Shown here: one piece after another, positions 18,334 through 28,160 of the stretch
How positions within the stretch are numbered: the first letter of the stretch is position 1
Layout: the number at the start of each line of letters is the position of its first letter
Assembly (NCBI GenBank): GCA_000166095.1
Contig: CP002278.1
Coordinates: 1,170,001-1,202,000 of the forward strand
Length of the DNA: 32,000 bases
Source: Methanothermus fervidus DSM 2088
Lineage (GTDB): Archaea > Methanobacteriota > Methanobacteria > DSM-2088 > Methanothermaceae
Direction of reading: 5' to 3'
The notes under the pieces: model-generated
Told to the model about the DNA's origin: nothing
The model's database searches: none
Seen by the model: the letters and a program-made list of their open reading frames with translations, nothing else
Program-made: the position numbers and the translations under genes

Positions 18334-18957
18334 ATGGCAGCTGGGGTTAAAAAAATAGTTTCAACAATATTATCAGAAGCTGAAAGCAGAGCAGAAGAGA
18401 TAATAAAAGATGCAGAGAAGAAAAAAGATAAAATAATAAAAGAAGGAAAAGAAAAAGCCAAAAAAGTAAAGGAGGAAACATTAAGAAGGCTTAAAAAAGA
18501 AGGTAAAATGAAATACAGACAGATAATTTCCAATGCCAAAATAAAAGCTAGAAGATCAGAGCTAAAAACAAGAGAAAAATTAATAGAGAAGTCATTTAAA
18601 ATTGCTGAAAATAAATTAAAAGAAATGGCATCCAAACATTCAGAAAAATATAAACAGGCTCTAATCAATTTAATAGAAAGATCAATAACAGAAATTGGCG
18701 GTGGAGAATTACAACTACATTTAAACAGCAGAGATACAGAATTTATAAAAGATCAAATAGAAGATATTAGTAATAAAGTTTCAGAAAAGATTGGCAAGAA
18801 TGTGAAACTAGAATTAGGTGAAGAAATAAACACTATTGGGGGAGTAATAGTAAGAACTAAGGATGGAAGCATAGAAGTTAATAATACATTAGAAGCCAGA
18901 TTATCAAGATTAAAGAAAGTATTACGTCCTGAAGTAGCAGATATTTTATTTAAATAG
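18334..18957 (+). CDS. atpE: A-type ATP synthase subunit E
   Basis: 207 aa. It has a long K/E-rich N-terminal helix plus a globular C-terminus (GGVIVRTKDGSIEVNNTLEARL). Operon position fits. Confidence 0.88.
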   Translation: MAAGVKKIVSTILSEAESRAEEIIKDAEKKKDKIIKEGKEKAKKVKEETLRRLKKEGKMKYRQIISNAKIKARRSELKTREKLIEKSFKIAENKLKEMASKHSEKYKQALINLIERSITEIGGGELQLHLNSRDTEFIKDQIEDISNKVSEKIGKNVKLELGEEINTIGGVIVRTKDGSIEVNNTLEARLSRLKKVLRPEVADILFK

Positions 18958-18968
18958 GAGCAGATATA

Positions 18969-20093
18969 ATGGCAGAAGCGATAGGAGATCCAATAATTTT
19001 TTATTTATTTATTGGAATAGCAGTTGCTGGTACAGTAGCAATGATAATAACATTTAGACCTGTATCAACAATGATTCCATATGCCTATCCAGTTGCGAGA
19101 GTAAGAGCAAGAATAGGTCGCTTAATTACACCTAGACAGTTAGATGAAATTACAGAATTAAAAAATATTGAAGACATGAGGAATTATCTTAGAGGAATAC
19201 CTGATTATTCTAAATATGTGGAGAGATATCCTATTGAAAAAGCCATAGATGTTCATTTAGCAGAAGTTTATGAATTTGCAGCTAAAATTGTTCCTGAAGA
19301 TGTTAAAGAAGTGTTTAAAGCATTGTTAAAGAGATGGGACATTGAGAACATAAAATCATTGTTAATAGCCAAAGATGCTGGATTAGAAGTTGAGGAAATT
19401 GTTGATATGTTGATACCTGTTGGAGAATTATTTGATGAATTAGAAAAATTAGTTGAAGTAGAAAATGTTGAAGAAGTTGTGTATGGTCTTGAAGGAACTG
19501 AATATTCAGATATTTTAGAAGATGCTTTAACAGCATATAAAGAAAAAGGAATATTATTGCCATTCGAAGCAGCGTTAGATAATTACTATTTAAGAAATAT
19601 TATTAAAGCAATAAAATCTGTAAAGACTAAAAATAGAGAAATACTTGAACATTATTTCGGTAGCTATGTGGATATCAGCAATATAATGTTAGTATTGCGA
19701 GCAAAAGTAGATAAACTAAAATATGAGGATATAGAACCATATTTACTACCAGCAGGTAGACAAATTAGTGAATGGAAGCTAAGGGATTTAATGGAAGCAG
19801 AAAACATAAGAGAAGTTATTGCTAGCTTGCGTGGATTTGATTATGAACCTATATTATCTGACGCTTTGCCTAAATATGAAAAAACAAAGTCCATATCTGT
19901 ATTTGAGGAAGCATTAGAAAATTATCTTTACAAAATGGGTCGTAAATTTTTGACAAGAGAGTCATTGACTGTTGCTCCTATCTTAGCATACTTAATTTTG
20001 AAAGAAAAGGAAATTAAAAATTTAAAAATAATAGCACGTGCTAAGCGAGAAGGAATACCTGAATCAAGGATTAAAAAAATGTTAATAAATTGA
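18969..20093 (+). CDS. atpC: A-type ATP synthase subunit C (d-subunit homologue)
   Basis: 374 aa, all-helical pattern. Operon position and size fit. Confidence 0.85.
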   Translation: MAEAIGDPIIFYLFIGIAVAGTVAMIITFRPVSTMIPYAYPVARVRARIGRLITPRQLDEITELKNIEDMRNYLRGIPDYSKYVERYPIEKAIDVHLAEVYEFAAKIVPEDVKEVFKALLKRWDIENIKSLLIAKDAGLEVEEIVDMLIPVGELFDELEKLVEVENVEEVVYGLEGTEYSDILEDALTAYKEKGILLPFEAALDNYYLRNIIKAIKSVKTKNREILEHYFGSYVDISNIMLVLRAKVDKLKYEDIEPYLLPAGRQISEWKLRDLMEAENIREVIASLRGFDYEPILSDALPKYEKTKSISVFEEALENYLYKMGRKFLTRESLTVAPILAYLILKEKEIKNLKIIARAKREGIPESRIKKMLIN

Positions 20094-20102
20094 GGGGTAA
20101 AG

Positions 20103-20417
20103 ATGGCATCTAAAATTGCAGTAATGGGTGACGAAGACACTGTTGTTGGATTTAAATTTGGAGGTATAAAGGATGGTTACATTATAACAAACAAAGAAGA
20201 AGCAAAAAAAACATTTGAAAATTTGATAAAGGAAAAGGATATAATCATAATAACAGAAAACATTGCTGATAAATTGAGATCTGAAATAAATAAAATCTCA
20301 GAAGAACCTCTACCAATAATAATAGAGATACCTGACAAAACTGGTCCTTCTAAGAAAACTGTTGATCCGATGAGAGAACTTGTAAAAAAAGTAATTGGGG
20401 TTGAGATGATAAAATGA
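20103..20417 (+). CDS. atpF: A-type ATP synthase subunit F
   Basis: 104 aa. [19 protein letters not shown] is the typical F-subunit N-terminus. ATGA overlap with atpA. Confidence 0.88.
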   Translation: MASKIAVMGDEDTVVGFKFGGIKDGYIITNKEEAKKTFENLIKEKDIIIITENIADKLRSEINKISEEPLPIIIEIPDKTGPSKKTVDPMRELVKKVIGVEMIK

Positions 20418-23239
20418 CAGGCGAAAAGAGAATCATCAGAGTATCTGGTCCTGTAGTCGTGGCTGAAGGAATGAAAGGATCACAAATGTATGAGATGGTT
20501 AGAGTTGGAGAAGAAAAACTAATAGGCGAAATTATAGAGTTAGAAGGAGATAAAGCAACAATACAAGTTTATGAAGATACAACAGGGTTAAAACCTGGCG
20601 AAAAAGTTGAAACTACTGGAGGACCCTTATCTGTTGAATTAGGTCCTGGAGTTCTTGGAGAAATTTTTGATGGAATTCAGCGCCCATTGGATAAAATAAA
20701 AGCGATGACCGGTGAATTTATAAGAAGAGGTGTCGATGTACCTTCATTGCCCAGAGAGAAGAAATGGAAGTTTAAACCAACTGTCGATGTTGGCGATGAA
20801 GTGGTAGGTGGAGACATAATAGGTGAAGTACAGGAAACAAAGTCCATTGTTCATAAAATAATGGTTCCTCCAAATATTTCAGGATCTATTGAAAATATAG
20901 AGGAAGGTAAGTTTAAAGTTGATGAAAAAATTGCAGAAATAAAAACTGATGACAGTGTAGAAGAATTAAAGATGATGCAAAAATGGCCTGTAAGGAAGAG
21001 CAGACCATATAAAAAGAAATTAGATCCTGATGTTCCATTAATAACAGGACAAAGGGTACAAGATACGTTTTTCCCAATTGCTAAAGGAGGTACAGCAGCA
21101 ATACCAGGCCCATTTGGTAGTGGAAAATGTGTGTCTGGTGATACTCCAATTTTATTAGGAGACGGTTCATTAATTACAATGGAAGAATTATATAAAAAAT
21201 CATTAGAAAATGGAAAAGTAATAGAAGAGAATGAGCACGAAGAAATAATAAAATTAGATAAACCCATAACTGTTTATTCATTTGATGGATCAAAGATAAT
21301 TAAGACTAAAACTGACATATTCTACAAAGGGAAAAGCGATTCATTAATTCATATAAAAACAAAAAGTGGAAGAGAAGTGAAAGTTACACCTATCCATATA
21401 TTATTCAAAATAAATGAAAATGGTGAAATTGTTGAAACAATGGCAAAAGATTTAAATGAAGGCGATTACATCGTTGCTGCAAGAAAAATTGACATAAATA
21501 ATGAAGATGAGAAAATTGATTTATCAAAATTCAATGAAAAGGAAATTAAAAAACTACCAGATAAGATGTCACCAGAATTAGCAGAATTCTTAGGATTATT
21601 ATTTGCGGCAGGACAATTAGATGAAAACAAGTTAATACTTAAGATTGAAAATGGAAATAAGGATATTTTAGAGAGATTTTCTGAATTATCACTCAAATTA
21701 TTCGGAGTTGAATGTAAGATATTAGAAAATAAAGCTATAATTGAAAATAAATTAATAGTAAAGTTTGTTAAAACACTTGGAATTCTAGAATCTAAAATAC
21801 CAAAAATTATTTTAAAATCTAAAAATAAATGCATTGCCAGATTCATTGATGGTTATATAAATGCATCTGCATCCAATAATGTATTATCAATTGAAGATAA
21901 AGATTTGAAGGTTCAACTTTCATATCTTTTAACAAGAGCTGGTATTTATCACGAAATTTCTCATGATGGCATATTCTTACATCTGGATAATTCATTGTTA
22001 ACATCTGTAGAGTATGGTGATGAAGTAGTAAGTGTAGCAATTAGTTCTTGTGGAGAAACAAACTATCCAAACGAAATATTTGCTGATCAAATAGTTGAAA
22101 TAAGGGAGATTACAGGCCCATTTGATGTCTATGATATTTCTATTCCAGGAATAGAAAACTTCTTTGGAGGATTTGGTGCAATACTTCTACATAATACCGT
22201 TACACAACAACAATTAGCAAAATGGGCAGATGCTGACATAGTGATATATGTTGGGTGTGGAGAAAGAGGAAATGAAATGACTGAAGTTCTAGAGGAGTTT
22301 CCAAAGTTAGAGGACCCAAGAACAGGAAGACCATTAATGGAAAGAACTGTTCTTATAGCAAATACATCTAACATGCCAGTAGCAGCTAGGGAAGCTTGTG
22401 TTTACACAGGTATAACTATTGCAGAATACTTCAGAGATATGGGATATGATGTAGCATTGATGGCAGATTCAACATCAAGATGGGCAGAGGCCATGAGGGA
22501 AATATCAGGCAGGCTAGAGGAAATGCCTGGTGAAGAAGGTTATCCTGCTTATTTAGCTTCAAGATTAGCACAATTTTATGAAAGGGCTGGTAGAGTTATC
22601 ACACTTGGAAGTGAGGATAAAGTTGCATCAGTTTCTGTTATTGGTGCAGTGTCTCCACCTGGTGGAGATTTCTCAGAACCTGTGACACAGAATACTTTGA
22701 GAATATGTAAAGTATTTTGGGCATTAGATTCTTCATTAGCTGATAGAAGACATTTCCCAGCTATAGATTGGCTACAAAGTTATTCATTATATGTGGATAG
22801 TGTAAAAGATTGGTGGAAAAAGAAAATTGGAAAAGATTGGAAAGCTGTGAGAGATGAAGCGATGGCATTATTACAGAAAGAAGCAGAATTGCAAGAAATC
22901 GTACAACTAGTTGGTCCAGATGCATTGCCTGATATAGAAAGATTGACATTAGAGACAGCTAGAATGATACGAGAAGATTTCCTCCAACAAAATGCATACC
23001 ATGAGATAGATACTTATTGTCCACCTGAAAAGCAATTTAAGATGTTAGAAACAATACTATTATTCAATAGAGAAACTAAGAAGGCATTGAAAAAAGGAGC
23101 ACCTATTGATAAATTAACACAACTCCCTGTCAAAGAAGATATTGCAAGAATGAAATACATACCTCCAGATGAATTTGAAGAAAAAGTCAAAGAAATACAA
23201 GATAAAATTATTAAACAATGCGAAGAGGTGCTAAAATGA
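20414..23239 (+). CDS. atpA: A-type ATP synthase catalytic subunit A, interrupted by an in-frame intein (585-aa extein after splicing)
   Basis: The N-extein ends ...[11 protein letters not shown] and the C-extein begins [32 protein letters not shown]. Joining them restores Walker A GPFGSGKT. Walker B and catalytic regions follow ([36 protein letters not shown]). Confidence 0.95.
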   Translation: MTGEKRIIRVSGPVVVAEGMKGSQMYEMVRVGEEKLIGEIIELEGDKATIQVYEDTTGLKPGEKVETTGGPLSVELGPGVLGEIFDGIQRPLDKIKAMTGEFIRRGVDVPSLPREKKWKFKPTVDVGDEVVGGDIIGEVQETKSIVHKIMVPPNISGSIENIEEGKFKVDEKIAEIKTDDSVEELKMMQKWPVRKSRPYKKKLDPDVPLITGQRVQDTFFPIAKGGTAAIPGPFGSGKCVSGDTPILLGDGSLITMEELYKKSLENGKVIEENEHEEIIKLDKPITVYSFDGSKIIKTKTDIFYKGKSDSLIHIKTKSGREVKVTPIHILFKINENGEIVETMAKDLNEGDYIVAARKIDINNEDEKIDLSKFNEKEIKKLPDKMSPELAEFLGLLFAAGQLDENKLILKIENGNKDILERFSELSLKLFGVECKILENKAIIENKLIVKFVKTLGILESKIPKIILKSKNKCIARFIDGYINASASNNVLSIEDKDLKVQLSYLLTRAGIYHEISHDGIFLHLDNSLLTSVEYGDEVVSVAISSCGETNYPNEIFADQIVEIREITGPFDVYDISIPGIENFFGGFGAILLHNTVTQQQLAKWADADIVIYVGCGERGNEMTEVLEEFPKLEDPRTGRPLMERTVLIANTSNMPVAAREACVYTGITIAEYFRDMGYDVALMADSTSRWAEAMREISGRLEEMPGEEGYPAYLASRLAQFYERAGRVITLGSEDKVASVSVIGAVSPPGGDFSEPVTQNTLRICKVFWALDSSLADRRHFPAIDWLQSYSLYVDSVKDWWKKKIGKDWKAVRDEAMALLQKEAELQEIVQLVGPDALPDIERLTLETARMIREDFLQQNAYHEIDTYCPPEKQFKMLETILLFNRETKKALKKGAPIDKLTQLPVKEDIARMKYIPPDEFEEKVKEIQDKIIKQCEEVLK
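21128..22195 (+). mobile_element. intein (356 aa) in the atpA P-loop, with a degenerate LAGLIDADG endonuclease-like domain
   Basis: It starts with Cys1 ([22 protein letters not shown], block A). Block B is TPIH (KVTPIHILF). Block F is [15 protein letters not shown] and block G is ILLHN, followed by +1 Thr. Central LAGLIDADG-like segments are [15 protein letters not shown] (21578-21622) and [14 protein letters not shown] (21833-21874). Confidence 0.9.
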
Positions 23240-24621
23240 GTGCTGATATTAAAACTCGGGAATATACTAGTGTAAGTGAAGTATCTGGTCCTCTTCTAAT
23301 AGTTGAAGGAGTAGAAGATGCAGCATATGGTGAAATAGTAGAGATAGAGACTCCTGGTGGAGAAACTAGGAAGGGCCAGGTATTGGAGATTTATAGGAAT
23401 AGAGCAGTGGTGCAAGTATTTGAGGGAACTGGAGATTTAAATACACAAACAACCAAGGTCAGATTCACTGGTGAGACTGCAAAATTGGGCGTATCTATGG
23501 ACATGATGGGACGTATCTTCGATGGAACAGGGAAACCAATAGATGGTGGTCCTGAAGTAATTCCTGAGGAAGAATTAGATATTACTGGAAGTCCTATGAA
23601 CCCTTCTGCAAGAAAATATCCAGCAGAATTTATACAAACAGGAATATCTACAATTGATGGAATGAATACATTGGTTAGAGGTCAAAAGCTACCAATTTTT
23701 TCAGGATCTGGTCTTCCACACAACGAGTTGGCAGCACAGATTGCAAGACAGGCAAAAGTTTTAACAGAGGAAAGTGAGTTTGCAGTTATATTTACAGCTA
23801 TGGGAATTACACATGAAGAAGCAAACTTCTTTATGAAAGAATTTGAAAGAACTGGAGCATTAGAACGTGTTACAGTATTTATGAATCTTGCAGATGATCC
23901 AGCGATAGAAAGAATAATGACTCCTAGAATGGCTTTAACAACAGCAGAATATTTTGCATTTGAATATGATATGCATGTATTAGTAATACTAACAGACATG
24001 ACTAATTATTGTGAAGCATTAAGAGAGATTTCAGCTGCAAGAGAAGAAGTGCCAGGTAGAAGAGGTTATCCTGGTTACATGTACACAGATTTAGCTAGTA
24101 TATATGAAAGAGCTGGACGTGTCCATGGAAAAAAAGGATCTATTACTCAAATGCCAATATTGGTGATGCCTCAGGATGATATAACACATCCAATTCCAGA
24201 CCTCACAGGTTATATAACAGAAGGCCAAATAGTTTTAAGTCGAGAACTCCATCGTAAAGGAATTTATCCTCCAGTAGACGTGTTACCATCACTATCAAGA
24301 TTAATGAGTGGTGGAATTGGACCAGGTAGAACAAGAGAAGACCATGCCGATGTTTCTGACCAATTATATTCTGCTTACGCTGAAGGTCGTGATTTAAGAG
24401 ACTTAGTTGCAGTAGTTGGTGAAGAAGCTTTAACAGACCGTGACAGGAAATTCTTAGAATTTGCAGATGAATTTGAGAAGAGATTTGTGTCACAAGGTAG
24501 AGACGAAGATAGATCAATTGATGAAACACTTGACCTAGCATGGGACTTACTGAGTATATTACCTACTTCAGAACTTAAGAGAGTGTCAGACGAATACATC
24601 GAAAAATACCTGCCTAAATAA
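23236..24621 (+). CDS. atpB: A-type ATP synthase subunit B
   Basis: The track ORF starts at ATG 23218. ATG 23236 follows a GAGGTG RBS, forms an ATGA overlap with the atpA stop, and gives the family-typical N-terminus [26 protein letters not shown]. Confidence 0.93.
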   Translation: MSADIKTREYTSVSEVSGPLLIVEGVEDAAYGEIVEIETPGGETRKGQVLEIYRNRAVVQVFEGTGDLNTQTTKVRFTGETAKLGVSMDMMGRIFDGTGKPIDGGPEVIPEEELDITGSPMNPSARKYPAEFIQTGISTIDGMNTLVRGQKLPIFSGSGLPHNELAAQIARQAKVLTEESEFAVIFTAMGITHEEANFFMKEFERTGALERVTVFMNLADDPAIERIMTPRMALTTAEYFAFEYDMHVLVILTDMTNYCEALREISAAREEVPGRRGYPGYMYTDLASIYERAGRVHGKKGSITQMPILVMPQDDITHPIPDLTGYITEGQIVLSRELHRKGIYPPVDVLPSLSRLMSGGIGPGRTREDHADVSDQLYSAYAEGRDLRDLVAVVGEEALTDRDRKFLEFADEFEKRFVSQGRDEDRSIDETLDLAWDLLSILPTSELKRVSDEYIEKYLPK

Positions 24622-24623
24622 TA

Positions 24624-24637
24624 TTTTTTATTTTTTT
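24624..24637 (+). terminator. intra-operon oligo-T tract (T6-A-T7) between atpB and atpD, possible partial terminator
   Basis: TTTTTTATTTTTTT begins 3 nt after the atpB stop and lies immediately before the AGGGGG RBS of atpD. It has the same form as the tracts found after the 5666-6220 gene and after the operon end. Confidence 0.3.
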
Positions 24638-24648
24638 AGGGGGATAAA

Positions 24649-25290
24649 ATGCCACAGGAAATTATGGAAGGTGTTAATCCAACCAGAATGGAACTCCTAA
24701 AACTTAAACAAAGAGAAAAACTAGCTGTTAAGGGTCACAATCTTTTAAAAGAGAAAAGAAATGCATTAATAATGGAATTCTTCAATTTACTTGACAGAAT
24801 AAAAGGGATGAGGAAAGAAATTGAAGAAGAATTGCAAGATGCATTTAAGGATTTAATGGAGGCATATATTCATACTGGAGATGCAAAAGTAAAAAAAGCA
24901 GCGATGGCTGTACAAGAATCAGTTAGTGTTGATATAGATTCACGTAGTATTATGGGTGTTGTAGTACCTTTAGTGGATGCTGAATCAAAAGAAAGAAGCA
25001 TGGTTGAGAGAGGTTATGGTTTGTTTGATACCTCAGCAAAAATAGATGAGGTTGCAAAAAAATTTGAAAAATTGATTCCTAAGATAATTGAGTTAGGGGA
25101 AGTTGAAAAATCTATTAGACTTTTAGCTGGTGAAATAGAATCAACAAAAAGAAGAGTAAATGCATTGGAACATATAATAATACCTAAACTTAAAAACACA
25201 ATAAAATATATTGAAATGCGGTTAGAAGAAATGGAAAGAGAGAATTTTGTAAGATTAAAAATGATTAAGAGGTCTATGGAGAGTGAATAA
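24649..25290 (+). CDS. atpD: A-type ATP synthase subunit D (central stalk)
   Basis: 213 aa. [31 protein letters not shown] and the C-terminal [13 protein letters not shown] are D-subunit signatures. Confidence 0.9.
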   Translation: MPQEIMEGVNPTRMELLKLKQREKLAVKGHNLLKEKRNALIMEFFNLLDRIKGMRKEIEEELQDAFKDLMEAYIHTGDAKVKKAAMAVQESVSVDIDSRSIMGVVVPLVDAESKERSMVERGYGLFDTSAKIDEVAKKFEKLIPKIIELGEVEKSIRLLAGEIESTKRRVNALEHIIIPKLKNTIKYIEMRLEEMERENFVRLKMIKRSMESE

Positions 25291-25673
25291 TGGTCAAATT
25301 AATGACACGTTTTCGTGAAATAGTAAAGGAATTTGAGAAGAAAGTACATGCTGACAAAGATTTTAGAATTGACAGTCATTATGGTTTAATGAGGGCAATA
25401 GTTGCCAATGAAAACATAGAAGTTAAAAGTGGAGATGTAAAGTCTTTAAAAATTAAAAAAATTACAATTCCAAAGAACCATATTATATGGATTTGTGGAT
25501 ATGGTGTCCATCCATTAGGGCATATTATTGCCGTGGGCGAGGAAGTTCCACTTCCAATCACTATGGAACGTTCTGCAGACCATGCAACCTTTGTAGCAGC
25601 AAAAAGTGGTGAGATAAGAAAAAACGATTTTCTAGGTGTTTCAATACTACTACCTGTCAAGTTATTGAAATAA
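25290..25673 (+). CDS. hypothetical 127-aa protein translationally coupled to atpD
   Basis: Its ATG shares one base with the atpD TAA (TAATG). It has no TM segments and a Cys/His cluster WICGYGVHPLGH. I do not recognise the family with confidence (possibly a DUF22-like archaeal protein). Confidence 0.55.
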   Translation: MVKLMTRFREIVKEFEKKVHADKDFRIDSHYGLMRAIVANENIEVKSGDVKSLKIKKITIPKNHIIWICGYGVHPLGHIIAVGEEVPLPITMERSADHATFVAAKSGEIRKNDFLGVSILLPVKLLK

Positions 25674-25683
25674 TTACTCAGTA

Positions 25684-25695
25684 TTTTTATTTTTT
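25684..25695 (+). terminator. oligo-T terminator tract at the end of the ATP synthase operon
   Basis: TTTTTATTTTTT lies 11 nt after the stop of the 127-aa ORF, in a 20-nt convergent gap with pheS. Confidence 0.5.
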
Positions 25696-27229
25696 ATGAT
25701 AATTTAATTCCCTTTACAAGAGGATTTTTCCTTAGCCATTCTATATTGCTTCTATATAACATTCTGATATCATCTATACCTAATTTTATCATTGCTAATC
25801 TTTCAATTCCCAATCCAAATGCAGCCACTGGTGTCTTAATACCTAATGGTTCAAGAACTTCTGGACGAAACATGCCTGCTCCACCAAGTTCTATCCAAGA
25901 GCCTTTCTCTGGTAAATAAATTTCACATTCAGTTGAAAGATAAGTGTATGGGAAATAAGCAGGTCTAAATCTCACTTCAAAACCTAATTTTTTATAAAAT
26001 TCCCTTAATGTTCCAAGGAGATCTCTAAATGTAACATCTTTTGATGCTATAATCCCTTCCACCTGATGAAATTCTGGCAAATGCTTATAAGTTATAGTTT
26101 CTCTTCTAAAAACTCTACCAATTGAAAACATTTTTACTGGAGGTTTGTTCTCAAATAAAAATCTTGCAGATATACATGTTGTATGTGTTCTTAAAACAGG
26201 TTTTTTTGCTATAGATATGTCCCATTTATAGCCCCAACCTTCAGAACCTGTTGATCCACCATGCTCATGAACATCTTTAACCTTTTTAACCAATTTTTCA
26301 TCTGGGAGATCACATATTTTAGGATTTTTTAAATAAAATGTATCCTGCATCTCTCTTGCAGCATGGTCTTGAGGTTGGAATAAACTATCAAAATTCCAAA
26401 AAGCTGATTCAACGATAGGACCTCTTGATTCTTTAAATCCCATGCTAATAAATATTTTTCTTATCTCTTCTATTATGTCACGTAGTGGATGTGTTTTACC
26501 CGGATAAATTTTTGGATATTCAACGAAAATGTCATAAGGTCTATACTTAAGTCTTTTCCACCTGCCACTTTTCAAATCTTCGTGTGTTACTTGTGTAGCT
26601 TCTTCAATTATTTCTAATCCTTCGTCCAATAATTTTTTACCTTCTTCTGTTATTTCTAAAACATGTGTTGTTTTTTCTTTTATATCGAGAAGTCCTCTAT
26701 TTTTTAACAATTCATACCCTTTTTTGAGGTCTTTGGTAAGTGAAGAATACCATATTTCCTCCTTTTTCAATAACTCTTTTAACAATTTTTCATCTTCAAA
26801 ATCTTTATCTATAAATTTTTCACATTTTTTTGTTACTTCAAGTACGCCTTTTTTTATTTTAATACAATTTTTCTTTTTTAACCATCCAATACCTATATTT
26901 ATATCTTTTTTTTCGAAAGGAGATTCTCTAAAAAGATCTTTCATTTTTATACTCTTTTTTTCCAATAAATAATTGAGCAGGCGTCTTTCAGGTAAGCCTT
27001 CTTTAGCATATTTTAATCCTTCATCATTTAATCTTATTAAATAATCAGTTTTTCTATGTATTTTTACAAGATTTTTTGATTCTAAAGATCCAGCAGCACT
27101 CATTACAGCCTTTATATCCATTTTTTGTTTTTTTGCAATTTTTTCTGGCTTTAATGAAAAACCTAATGATTCAAATGCCTTTAATACTTTTTTTTCATAA
27201 ATGTGCAATTCATCTGTTTTGTAAACCAT
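25694..27229 (-). CDS. pheS: phenylalanine-tRNA ligase alpha subunit
   Basis: 511 aa of archaeal type with N-terminal winged-helix repeats. The class II core includes RTHTTCISARF, FSIGRVFRRE and GAGMFRPEVLEPLG...AFGLGIERLAM. Confidence 0.93.
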   Translation of the reverse strand: MVYKTDELHIYEKKVLKAFESLGFSLKPEKIAKKQKMDIKAVMSAAGSLESKNLVKIHRKTDYLIRLNDEGLKYAKEGLPERRLLNYLLEKKSIKMKDLFRESPFEKKDINIGIGWLKKKNCIKIKKGVLEVTKKCEKFIDKDFEDEKLLKELLKKEEIWYSSLTKDLKKGYELLKNRGLLDIKEKTTHVLEITEEGKKLLDEGLEIIEEATQVTHEDLKSGRWKRLKYRPYDIFVEYPKIYPGKTHPLRDIIEEIRKIFISMGFKESRGPIVESAFWNFDSLFQPQDHAAREMQDTFYLKNPKICDLPDEKLVKKVKDVHEHGGSTGSEGWGYKWDISIAKKPVLRTHTTCISARFLFENKPPVKMFSIGRVFRRETITYKHLPEFHQVEGIIASKDVTFRDLLGTLREFYKKLGFEVRFRPAYFPYTYLSTECEIYLPEKGSWIELGGAGMFRPEVLEPLGIKTPVAAFGLGIERLAMIKLGIDDIRMLYRSNIEWLRKNPLVKGIKLS

Positions 27230-28157
27230 TTGCGCCCTCCTTCAATATACATTTTGGAGAATTAGAAGTTTTGTCATACATATCTAGTAGTGTGACCATT
27301 ATAGATGCAGCTGTTAAATCTGCAGTAGTGCCTGGGTTTAGATTTTTTTCTCTTAATTTCTTATCCAAATGTTTTATTTTTTTGTATCCCTCATTGCTTA
27401 ACATGCCACCAACATCTAATATATCTTTAGCAGCTTCAGATACTTTTACAGCAGTTTTATGTCCATATTTTCTTCTAATTAAAGTATCTGGAAATTTAGA
27501 TAAAATAACTAAAAATGTTTGGACAGTGGCAATATTTATTCCATATTTTAAATTTTTTTTAAAAGTTGGGAAACCTATATCAAATGTTATTGGCATTGCA
27601 TTAGTTAATTCATTCGCTATATTATCCCAAGATGAGGAAATTTTTAAAACATCAAACATATTCAAATTATTTTTCAATAATTTACTTTCAGATGATTTAT
27701 CGGTTACATCAATTTCATGATTTCCCATACCACCTGCGTTTGCCATACGTATTGCTCTATATAAATATACAGAATCTTTAGGTGTTGTATTACGCATAAT
27801 TTTATCAACATTTTCCCTAATTTCACCAAATCTTTTTGACATTCCAGCAGCAGCTGATAGAGGTGTTAATAACATTATTATTCCTAAATTTGTATTGTTA
27901 TTTACCCATTTTTTTGTTTCTTTGACAGCTTTATATATTAAATATCCAAGCTCTATAGATTTTAAATCCCTACATTTTTTACTTCTTTTGGCAGCTTCAT
28001 ACATTACATCCCCAATTACAATACCACTTATAAGAAAATCTTCAAAACACATGTCATCAAAATCTTTAGTTCTATGAACATTTCCAGGCTTTGGATATCC
28101 ACTAACTTCTAATATTGATGCTATTTGCGCTGATTTTGAAACATAATTAGCATTCAT
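27210..28157 (-). CDS. triphosphoribosyl-dephospho-CoA synthase (CitG/MdcB) family protein
   Basis: 315 aa. ILEVSGYPKPGNVHRTKDFDDMCFEDFLIS matches the CitG N-terminal motif (E....PKPG.V.R......DM....F..S). It overlaps the pheS start by 20 nt. Confidence 0.8.
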   Translation of the reverse strand: MNANYVSKSAQIASILEVSGYPKPGNVHRTKDFDDMCFEDFLISGIVIGDVMYEAAKRSKKCRDLKSIELGYLIYKAVKETKKWVNNNTNLGIIMLLTPLSAAAGMSKRFGEIRENVDKIMRNTTPKDSVYLYRAIRMANAGGMGNHEIDVTDKSSESKLLKNNLNMFDVLKISSSWDNIANELTNAMPITFDIGFPTFKKNLKYGINIATVQTFLVILSKFPDTLIRRKYGHKTAVKVSEAAKDILDVGGMLSNEGYKKIKHLDKKLREKNLNPGTTADLTAASIMVTLLDMYDKTSNSPKCILKEGANGLQNR

Positions 28158-28160
28158 AGC

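Noticed and set aside
16189-21846. Long antisense ORFs inside ATP synthase genes (for example 16189-16668, 16744-17052, 18309-18668, 20851-21267 and 21466-21846). Similar ones occur elsewhere (1684-1971, 2068-2457, 8128-8469, 9894-10550, 11312-11638, 12116-12433, 15731-15991, 23682-23999, 27076-27720).
   Set aside because: They run opposite well-supported conserved genes and translate to low-complexity Ser/Phe/Ile/Leu-rich sequences. That is typical of the reverse complement of K/E-rich, A-rich coding DNA. They have no RBS or promoter context.
23218-23235. N-terminal extension MRRGAK on atpB (track start 23218)
   Set aside because: It lies inside atpA coding sequence. The GAGGTG RBS and the ATGA stop/start overlap support ATG 23236, which gives the family-typical N-terminus.
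20414-23239. The 941-aa atpA as a gene fusion, assembly error or pseudogene
   Set aside because: The frame is continuous. The extra segment has all the intein splicing blocks, and excising it restores the P-loop exactly.
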